The notes under the pieces were generated by a model that was not told where the DNA came from, ran no database searches, and saw only the letters and a program-made list of their open reading frames with translations. A DNA stretch of 64,000 nt from Hyphomicrobiales bacterium. GTDB lineage: Bacteria > Pseudomonadota > Alphaproteobacteria > Rhizobiales > JACESI01. Shown here piece by piece: positions 1-6,718 of the stretch (position 1 is the stretch's first letter; each line of letters begins with the position of its first letter). Both the position numbers and the translations under genes were made by a program. The stretch covers positions 2,147 through 66,146 of the forward strand of contig JBDVXS010000141.1 of NCBI GenBank assembly GCA_039964305.1, in the 5' to 3' direction.

Positions 1-1226
1 TCGATACGTTGAAAGTGCACACCATTTTGGTGATACCCTTCGACAAGCCGTTTCGCCAGTACCGGAATTTTTGCCATGACATCAACAGCCTTTGGGGTGC
101 CAGACCAAATATGCACCGATAAACCGTAAAGGCTTGCTAGTGCTTCGAGATCAGTTCTTTGAAACTCCCGAAGTTCAAAGAAGTTTGCATTCTCGATCTG
201 GGCAATAGGCTTTCTTGCTGAAAATACGGCAACCCTTAGATTTGTATGATCACGCAACATAGCATTAATCTCTGCGATGATCTTCCGCTGTTCATTGGAG
301 GTAACTCTGTTAAGACCGTCCAGTACCAACAGCATTCCTTGTTCATCTATCAAACGCTTTAGGTTCGAAGCCATAGCTGCAGGATTATGCGCCGCTAAAC
401 GTGCCACCGTGAAATCAGTTACGCTTTGACCAGTTGAACAAAGCTCAGGTAGAGCTATTGCCACCGGCAGTGGAGCTGACTGATCGGCATTTCGTCGTTG
501 CAACAACTGGACACACAATGCGTTAGCAAAAGTCGTCTTTCCAAACCCTGATTTTGCAATAACAACTGAGTTGATCTTTAGATTGGTGAGTTCTAAAGGG
601 CAAAGCTCATGAAGTTCAGATGGGCCAATAGGCGACACTTTGCGTTCAAGAATTGGTCTTCCTTTGAGCAATCGACTTAATTCTGCGCTCTGGTATGCTG
701 AAAAATTTCGAACAACCTGATTAAAGTCTTTAACCGTTAGACTTTTAGCAAGGTGCACTATCGCCTCTTTTGATAGCAAGGCTTCCAACTCATCGCGTTT
801 TACCGCGATCTGCCCCTCGGAAACCTCGAGAAGTAGATTACAGGCATTCGTCGATTGCAACTGCCAGAGCTCTATGCATGAACCATTACATAACAAGACT
901 ATAGGAGTGCGGTGATTATGAGCATAGCTCTCTGCTTGACGTTTGCCGCTTTCGACCGTGTATTCAGCGCTCTTCAGCTCGATTGTAATCAATGACGTAG
1001 TTTCGTCATATGGCTCGCCACTAAAAACGAAATAGTCGGCGCGTGATCTAGTATTTCTCCGTCCTTGCTGAATGGTGAAATCGACAGACGCTTCAGATTT
1101 AACATCCTGCCCGCAATCATACCCCAGTGCAGCAAGCATTGGTAATATGAGCTTAGTGCCAACTTCGCTCTCATTCGCAAAGGTAAGATGATCACACGTC
1201 GCCCAGAAATCGGTCAAGAAGTGCAA
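1..1226 (-). CDS. PD-(D/E)xK nuclease-like N-terminal domain fused to a NACHT-type P-loop NTPase (STAND family). Only the N-terminal ~400 aa are present; the gene continues past the left edge
   Basis: My own translation of a minus frame that is absent from the ORF track because it runs off the window. It reads ...FANESEVGTKLILPMLAALGYD...RADYFVFSGEPYDETTSLITIELKS (restriction-endonuclease-like D...ExK core, HsdR-N-like). This is followed by Walker A VVIAKSGFGKTTFAN, Walker B MLLVLDGLNRV and VAVFSARKP, matching the NACHT GKT / LDGLxE / TSRP pattern. No stop from 1226 down to position 1. Start uncertain: TTG at 1226 or 1217, or ATG at 1139. Confidence 0.65.
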   Translation of the reverse strand, partial: MHFLTDFWATCDHLTFANESEVGTKLILPMLAALGYDCGQDVKSEASVDFTIQQGRRNTRSRADYFVFSGEPYDETTSLITIELKSAEYTVESGKRQAESYAHNHRTPIVLLCNGSCIELWQLQSTNACNLLLEVSEGQIAVKRDELEALLSKEAIVHLAKSLTVKDFNQVVRNFSAYQSAELSRLLKGRPILERKVSPIGPSELHELCPLELTNLKINSVVIAKSGFGKTTFANALCVQLLQRRNADQSAPLPVAIALPELCSTGQSVTDFTVARLAAHNPAAMASNLKRLIDEQGMLLVLDGLNRVTSNEQRKIIAEINAMLRDHTNLRVAVFSARKPIAQIENANFFELREFQRTDLEALASLYGLSVHIWSGTPKAVDVMAKIPVLAKRLVEGYHQNGVHFQRI

Positions 1227-1780
1227 ACCTTGTCTAGCGCTCGATATACAGATGCCCGCCCAACACCCAGCTTCTTCGCAATAGCAGTTGCACCCATTCC
1301 ACTATCTTTGAGCGCTCTTATTTCATCCGCACGATTACGTACTGTTGGTTTACGGCCTTTGTATTTACCGTCGTCCTTCGCTTTCTTGATGCCCTCCCGT
1401 TGACGTTCGAGCATAATTTCACGTTCGAACTGCGCCATAGCTCCAAACATTGTGAGTATCAGCATTCCGTTAGGTGACGAGGTATCAATCTCACTCCCAC
1501 CAAAATCGAGTATCCTTAACCCAACGCCCTTGTCTTTAAGCTGATCTACAATCTTGAGTAGGTCACGAGTTGATCGAGCCAATCGATCTAACTTAGTAAT
1601 GACAAGCGTGTCACCGTCCCTCACAAACTCCAATGCGTTTGTAAGCTCATCACGTTGACCAATGGAGGACACCTGTTCTTTGAAAACCTTCTCAATACCA
1701 AGTGCTTTCAGGTCACGGATTTGAGCTTCAAATCCCGCTTCCTGATCAGCGGTGGATGTTCGTGCATATCCGATAAGCAT
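1214..1780 (-). CDS. serine recombinase (resolvase/invertase family) with C-terminal HTH
   Basis: N-terminus MLIGYARTSTADQ carries the catalytic-serine motif YARxSTxDQ. LVITKLDRLARS, MFGAMAQFEREIMLERQREGI and the C-terminal HTH GATAIAKKLGVGRASVYRAL are typical of Tn3/Hin-type resolvases. Confidence 0.9.
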   Translation of the reverse strand: MLIGYARTSTADQEAGFEAQIRDLKALGIEKVFKEQVSSIGQRDELTNALEFVRDGDTLVITKLDRLARSTRDLLKIVDQLKDKGVGLRILDFGGSEIDTSSPNGMLILTMFGAMAQFEREIMLERQREGIKKAKDDGKYKGRKPTVRNRADEIRALKDSGMGATAIAKKLGVGRASVYRALDKVCTS

Positions 1781-1792
1781 ATCTACGCCTAT

Positions 1793-1886
1793 TGTCTCGT
1801 TAGGGTCTAGACTTTATACCATTTTGTCTCACAAATGCAACAAGTATTTATATGAGACACATACCGGAAATGACTGAGACGTCTCA
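1793..1886. promoter_or_regulatory. res-like cluster of TGTCTC(A) recombinase half-sites upstream of the serine recombinase gene
   Basis: TGTCTC at 1793. TGTCTCA at 1825 faces TGAGACA at 1853, a 35-bp inverted-repeat site. A 12-bp palindrome TGAGACGTCTCA sits at 1875-1886, and GTCTAGAC at 1805-1812. The half-sites match the TGTCY core of resolvase binding sites and lie 13-106 nt upstream of the recombinase ATG. Confidence 0.5.
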
Positions 1887-1982
1887 ATGCACCTAGGTCA
1901 TTTGAGGCTCTGAATGAGAGTGGCATTTCATTGAATACCTAAATACGATATAGTGAGTTGATGGTGGCGGGAGGTGGTCAAT

Positions 1983-2702
1983 ATGAATGAAAATGCAAAA
2001 TTAGCTAAAAGTTGTACTCTACTACTAATCTCATTTCCGTTATTGGCGCTGCTAATGTTTGTTTTTTCGATTAAACAAACAGTGGCTAGTGGAACTCCAA
2101 TAGTGCTGGACATCAGTGGAAACGGAAAAATAGATATCACAGGGCACACTACAACTAGGCAGAAGCTTTATACATTGTTTTCGATAGAGCAATATGTGAA
2201 ATTCGACATCTTCAACCGAGGCGAGATGTCACAAATTGATTGGATTGCACCTGATACAGACGCTTTCTTGATTGATCTAAGAGAAGGACACCCATCAGGA
2301 AATTTAACGGGAAAGCACCTTTTTGGGACGGCAGGATTTTCATCGAATTCAGATGACGAAGGCTTCGAATTTGAAAATGGTTTCGAAAAACTGGCTACAC
2401 TTGATTTAAATCAAGACGGCAAGCTGAGCGGAGACGAATTGACCGGATTAGCCCTTTGGAAAGATGACGGTGATGCTCTTTTCGAACCTAACGAACACGT
2501 CAAGTTGTCTGACCATAAGATAGTTTCCATTTCAGTTACCTTTGAAAAATCTTCTGGGGCGTACGGTGCGCCTAAATTGACTTCTGAAGCGACGACGGAA
2601 AGTAGTTCTTCGATATACGTTGAAGACATTTGGTTTATGACCCCGAACGACGTGGCTCGCTATGATAGAATTTTCGGGCGCTTTTTCGCGGCTCTTAGGT
2701 GA
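1983..2702 (+). CDS. secreted or membrane-anchored protein with DxDxDG-type calcium-binding motifs
   Basis: GGGAGG RBS 8 nt before the ATG at 1983 (the track starts at GTG 1974). It has a hydrophobic N-terminal segment. VLDISGNGKIDITG, KHLFGT and LDLNQDGKLSGDELTGLALWKDDGD resemble the Ca-binding modules of large RTX-type adhesins. Confidence 0.5.
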   Translation: MNENAKLAKSCTLLLISFPLLALLMFVFSIKQTVASGTPIVLDISGNGKIDITGHTTTRQKLYTLFSIEQYVKFDIFNRGEMSQIDWIAPDTDAFLIDLREGHPSGNLTGKHLFGTAGFSSNSDDEGFEFENGFEKLATLDLNQDGKLSGDELTGLALWKDDGDALFEPNEHVKLSDHKIVSISVTFEKSSGAYGAPKLTSEATTESSSSIYVEDIWFMTPNDVARYDRIFGRFFAALR

Positions 2703-3383
2703 AGCGGATACTCCAGCGTAATGGGTTACTCGGGTGGCCAAGAAAATTGCGATCAGACTAAGTGCCATACCAGACAATCCCTGAATGACGATCATTGGCC
2801 TAGCATACGGACAAGCCATAAAGCCGGTATCAGGCATGCCGGGGATCGATATATTTATTGAGTAAAGGAGGTAATGCAGTGAGTTTTCAGTCATGAAGGG
2901 CTGGAAAATATCATCACGAAATTCATACCAACGGCCATGTAACTCTAAACCCTCTCCAATTCGCTCAGATAAATTACTAAAAGCCTCGTTCTTGTGAATT
3001 TCACCTATAGCTTCGTGCATAACACTCAAATTAATGGTGTTAATTTCGCTGACAGTAAGCGGGATGGTGAGACCAAAATTATAATGCACTAATGCGAACG
3101 AAAACACGGTGTATAAAAAGGCCAATCCGACAATCAGAAAACTTTCAAGTATGCCTCGGGTCGAAGAAAGCGCCCTAATTGACATGAACCAACATACCAA
3201 CAATACGGCTAGGATGAAAACATATGGGGTGAATTCAAATAGTGAACCCCACCCGTCAACATTTGGAATGTGGCAACGTTCACGAGCTGTAGTGAAATAG
3301 GTGTAAAGAAAATAAGTTGACGGCACTATTACGTATGATGCAAGCAGACGGTTTCGTGCATTCCCCATCAATTTCCCATCCAA
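2532..3383 (-). CDS. multi-pass membrane protein, function unknown (weak ion-channel-like pore segment)
   Basis: Several hydrophobic helices (FILAVLLVCWFMSI, LIVGLAFLYTVFSFALV, MALSLIAIFLATRV). The last ~55 codons are Arg-rich, low-complexity, and overlap the convergent ORF 1983-2702, so the true C-terminus is doubtful. Confidence 0.45.
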   Translation of the reverse strand: MDGKLMGNARNRLLASYVIVPSTYFLYTYFTTARERCHIPNVDGWGSLFEFTPYVFILAVLLVCWFMSIRALSSTRGILESFLIVGLAFLYTVFSFALVHYNFGLTIPLTVSEINTINLSVMHEAIGEIHKNEAFSNLSERIGEGLELHGRWYEFRDDIFQPFMTENSLHYLLYSINISIPGMPDTGFMACPYARPMIVIQGLSGMALSLIAIFLATRVTHYAGVSASPKSREKAPENSIIASHVVRGHKPNVFNVYRRTTFRRRFRSQFRRTVRPRRFFKGN

Positions 3384-3810
3384 TCACTTCTGCCCAGCAG
3401 TGCACCGACTGCAGCCTCTTATAAGGTATTTGTAACACTAACAAAAAATCAAGAGGAAAATATCAATTTTTTATACATGCAAATTCAATGATACACGCAT
3501 TGATTTTGCAATGCATTTTAGAGCGTTCAGCAGACGGGTTTTTTGTACAATCCAAGCAGGCAGGTCTAAAAAGCCAGATCGGGCCTATTAGGGGTAAAAT
3601 CTGTGATGCTACGCTTCCCTATAGACCTCGGTTTAATGGAGAAAATTGTAACCTATTCAGACGCAATGGCGGCTTCGAGCCCATCTTGTCAATTCAACAG
3701 ATAGCAACAAAAATCCGGTTGCCTAGATTGTGGTGTGCAAAAATAAAAATTTCTGTGTGGGCTTGAATGGAGCGCGGCGAAAGCCCACCTTTACTTCCTG
3801 AGAGGAAAAA

Positions 3811-4179
3811 ATGCGAGATCCAGACCTAGATCATTTTCACAATAAAGACAGGCCACGAGCATTCTGTGGGCTTGATCTGAAAAGATCGTGGGGAGAGCCT
3901 GGTGATGATGACTTTTCTTTGGAAGAACTGGAGCTCTTTGCCGACAACGCTGCATATGTAGCGGGATTGCTGCCAATCCCTGTGCCATCTCTCGCTACAC
4001 CTCTATTTGAGCGAATAGCAAAAGGTTCTGCGCGAATTTTTTTTAGAGAACTGGGAAAAACTGGACTTTATGCCTTCATTGTTGGATTAGTGTTTCACGC
4101 TCCTTTGATCTGGGCTTTCGCAGGTGAGGAAATTGCGTCCTTGGCAATTACACTGGTTGGTGAGTTCCCAGAGTTTTGA
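3811..4179 (+). CDS. hypothetical protein with hydrophobic C-terminus
   Basis: GAGAGGAAAAA RBS directly before the ATG. 122 aa with an acidic N-terminal half and a C-terminal TM-like segment LYAFIVGLVFHAPLIWAF. No family recognised. Confidence 0.4.
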   Translation: MRDPDLDHFHNKDRPRAFCGLDLKRSWGEPGDDDFSLEELELFADNAAYVAGLLPIPVPSLATPLFERIAKGSARIFFRELGKTGLYAFIVGLVFHAPLIWAFAGEEIASLAITLVGEFPEF

Positions 4180-4217
4180 GACTGGGCTCTGTCTTTTATG
4201 ATTGCAAACTAAGTGAA

Positions 4218-4403
4218 TTATAGTTTTTGCACGCTTTGCGCGATCAGTTTTTTAAAGATGTGACACTTATTTAAAGTGCGCGCAGAACTCGCATAATTAA
4301 AGTAGCCATTCGTCAGTGTCTGCTTCGTTCGCTTTACTGACTTCACGCCAGTATTCCAAACCTCGTCCCAGGGGGACAAAAAGTTAGTCAGTTTAGCGGT
4401 CAT
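4218..4403 (-). CDS. hypothetical small protein (61 aa)
   Basis: Its ATG overlaps the stop of the upstream 77-aa membrane ORF (ATGA at 4400-4403), which suggests coupling. No recognisable motif. Confidence 0.25.
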   Translation of the reverse strand: MTAKLTNFLSPWDEVWNTGVKSVKRTKQTLTNGYFNYASSARTLNKCHIFKKLIAQSVQKL

Positions 4404-4633
4404 CGACTAGCATCATCAGTCGGATCAAGCCCCAGTTTTCTGATTAACACTAGAATAATGAAGCCCACAGCCAAAGGCCACCACGAAGCAAGGTAGTACG
4501 AAGTTGCTGCAGCGCCTCCATAACAAATTGCACCTATTAGATTGCGTACGTCCTTCCCATGACGGTACTCGGTATAAATAGCAATCGCCATAAACCCGAA
4601 CACGATCTGCAAAGCCAAAAGCGTCCAAGACAT
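4400..4633 (-). CDS. small two-TM membrane protein (77 aa; holin-like size and topology)
   Basis: Two clear hydrophobic helices (LLALQIVFGFMAIAIYT and YYLASWWPLAVGFIILVLI) and a charged C-terminus. It lies downstream of the peptidase and nuclease genes on the same strand. Confidence 0.45.
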   Translation of the reverse strand: MSWTLLALQIVFGFMAIAIYTEYRHGKDVRNLIGAICYGGAAATSYYLASWWPLAVGFIILVLIRKLGLDPTDDASR

Positions 4634-4674
4634 CGTTCAAATCTCCCTCTTCTCTTGGTGAAACTTCGCTAATC

Positions 4675-5199
4675 TCACTGTAAGTTCTTACACCAGTCGA
4701 AGTCTATATCTTTAACGTAAGGTACTCCCCATCGACCTTCTCTTGCCAAAAGTGCATTGGTCACTGTGCGCCATCGATCACTGCTGTATCTCTGTTTGAT
4801 GTCAGCGATGATGCGGCCTGAAAAGCTGCCTTCCTCTATGTTCTCGATATAAACCCATGATCCAACAGGGAACCGGAGTTCAATGGCTTTCTTAGCTTCT
4901 TCTGCGATGGCTCTTTCCCAGTCACATCCAGCTCGTCTGATCTCAGGTGCATCTACTCCTCGTGAGCGAACATCAACGCTGTACTCTAGACCGGGAAGAA
5001 GGTGCAGTTTTACAGTGATAGTATCGGCATCAACAATGCGTACGATCTCACCTTCATACTGATGATAGTCAGGCTTGCCGTTTCTCAGCCTCTCAGCGTC
5101 ACCAGTGGGTTTTCCTTCTGCATGTACTTGGCCTGCTACTGCAACCAATAAAAGTATGACAGAAGTAATGGTACCTAAGCGTATGAATGGTCGTGTCAT
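4675..5199 (-). CDS. secreted thermonuclease (staphylococcal nuclease, SNase) family protein
   Basis: Signal peptide MTRPFIRLGTITSVILLLVAVAGQVHA, with an AGGA RBS 9 nt upstream of the ATG at 5199 (the track extends to 5232). VRIVDADTITV and RGVDAPEIRR match the SNase core motifs. Confidence 0.7.
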   Translation of the reverse strand: MTRPFIRLGTITSVILLLVAVAGQVHAEGKPTGDAERLRNGKPDYHQYEGEIVRIVDADTITVKLHLLPGLEYSVDVRSRGVDAPEIRRAGCDWERAIAEEAKKAIELRFPVGSWVYIENIEEGSFSGRIIADIKQRYSSDRWRTVTNALLAREGRWGVPYVKDIDFDWCKNLQ

Positions 5200-5210
5200 T
5201 AGTCGGTATC

Positions 5211-5762
5211 CTATTGATAGCGCTTCACCCAATGTGGTTTGCCGATGCGTGAGTATATTAACCTCTGTGGCTTTTCGTGCCAGCCGATATTAAAAGCGTT
5301 GTCTTTTGAGAAAAATGTCATCCAGTTATAAGGTACGTGGTCATCTATCCACCATGCCAAATCCTGCCAACTCTCTAAATCAGTCTTACCTGCATTGAAT
5401 GCGGGGATTACAATACAAGCAGTTGCGCCCATATGACCGTTTGCATCTCTGTGATCCCAAATATGGTGGGCGTAATTGCTCTCGTTTTTGGCGCAGTTCA
5501 AGCCGTGTTCATTGCCGAACTTATTTAATCTGGCAGACCGAAAGCCGGAACGGATGATGATAGGACCAAAGGCTTCGACCAACGGTTCCAAGATGTTTTC
5601 ACAAAGCTGAGTGCCAGCTTCTATTGCAAGTGCAGGATCATCGGGGGTGTTCGGAATACCGTAGGCCATGGCAATCTCTGAGTAGAGGAACTGCCGCATT
5701 TGAAAATGACGCGACAGCTTTACTTGGCCCAGCTTCTCTAAATGCCGGAATGTGGACTTCAT
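5211..5762 (-). CDS. peptidase M15-like (zinc D-Ala-D-Ala carboxypeptidase / endolysin fold) protein
   Basis: FLYSEIA...GIPNTP...LCENILEPLVEAFGPIIIRSGFRSARLN matches the M15A pattern (F..sE...a....N.P....L...leplr..fg.pi.i.SGyRs..lN). His/Asp-rich HHIWDHRD and a later GWHEKP could supply the Zn ligands. Confidence 0.45.
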   Translation of the reverse strand: MKSTFRHLEKLGQVKLSRHFQMRQFLYSEIAMAYGIPNTPDDPALAIEAGTQLCENILEPLVEAFGPIIIRSGFRSARLNKFGNEHGLNCAKNESNYAHHIWDHRDANGHMGATACIVIPAFNAGKTDLESWQDLAWWIDDHVPYNWMTFFSKDNAFNIGWHEKPQRLIYSRIGKPHWVKRYQ

Positions 5763-5784
5763 CTAAATGAACCTCGGTTCATCA

Positions 5785-6294
5785 CTAACGGACTATCTGA
5801 CAAGCTAAATCACTCGTGCTATTTTCGACGACGCTGATTTTGACGCCGCTAGTGCGTTGGCTGAATGACCCTTGCTGAATTGCGGCACCAAATATAATGC
5901 CCACTGTGCGAATTGCATCTTCCATCTTTGTTCCAGTAAGCGTTGCGAAGGCTAATGCGCACATCTCAACATTGTCAGTCATAGGCACGCGTGTGAGTGG
6001 GCTTACTTTGACAATGCCTTTGCCGTGAACGATCACATCGAAGGGTTCGTGTGTAAGTACGCAGTAATTGTCCTCTCGGCAAAACTTGCCATTGATGGTC
6101 AGAGCTTGCGCTTCACGACCATAATAACTTTTCAGATTAGCTGCGAGTTGCTCGGTAATTACTGGATTGTTCTTAGTCACTTGGTTGCTGCTAGCCGATG
6201 CCGTGCTGACGGCAGCCCCGAAGGTTAGACAAAGAACGATGGTGTTAAATAATACGCTTGCGCGATTTTGTTTGGTTGATGTGCTCATGGTCAC
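5785..6294 (-). CDS. secreted hypothetical protein
   Basis: N-terminal signal peptide (VLFNTIVLCLTFGAAVSTASA). 169 aa, no recognisable family. First gene of the minus-strand block 6294-4218. Confidence 0.5.
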   Translation of the reverse strand: MTMSTSTKQNRASVLFNTIVLCLTFGAAVSTASASSNQVTKNNPVITEQLAANLKSYYGREAQALTINGKFCREDNYCVLTHEPFDVIVHGKGIVKVSPLTRVPMTDNVEMCALAFATLTGTKMEDAIRTVGIIFGAAIQQGSFSQRTSGVKISVVENSTSDLACQIVR

Positions 6295-6718
6295 ACTCCC
6301 TATCTATGAAATGAAACGGCCACCGGAGTTTCCTCTGGTAGCCGGGGAGTTAGTAAGTCGTACAGAGACGACCGCCATGGCCTTTAGGCCTAAGCCCTGA
6401 ACATAACGCCAAAGCCTCCCCGACCATATAGGTAGAGGAAGCATCATTTCGACTGATGCCAGCCGCTCTGTAAGAGGTTACTAAGCCCCGAGACCACACA
6501 TTTGCGTAGTCCTGTCAGTAAATTACCATGTGGGGGGAGAGGTGCAAGTGTTCAGTAAGCGAATGGTGAGCTTTTTTTGACGGTCGCAATCCAATGTCAC
6601 CCCATTTGCTCATAGGTGACATCGAAATGGTATTCAAATCTGGAAGTGGCTGATTTTGTTGATGTCGGACGGAACTGATTAGCATTACCCCAGTGTCAGG
6701 TGACATCCGAATTGCTGT

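Noticed and set aside
989-1195. 68-aa minus-strand ORF from the track
   Set aside because: It is out of frame with, and fully inside, the much longer open frame encoding the nuclease-NACHT protein. Its sequence has no motif and looks like a shadow ORF.
1188-1403. 71-aa plus-strand ORF
   Set aside because: It is antisense to the well-supported serine recombinase gene and is Pro/Ser/Ala-rich shadow translation.
3488-3766. 92-aa ORF in the 3384-3810 non-coding gap
   Set aside because: It has no RBS and an odd composition with no motif. The region is better described as AT-rich intergenic DNA with short palindromes such as TCAATG-N7-CATTGA.
3757-3788. Hairpin GTGGGCTT-N16-AAGCCCAC just upstream of ORF 3811
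   Set aside because: It has no adjoining T-run and a large loop, so I cannot support a terminator or a specific regulatory call.
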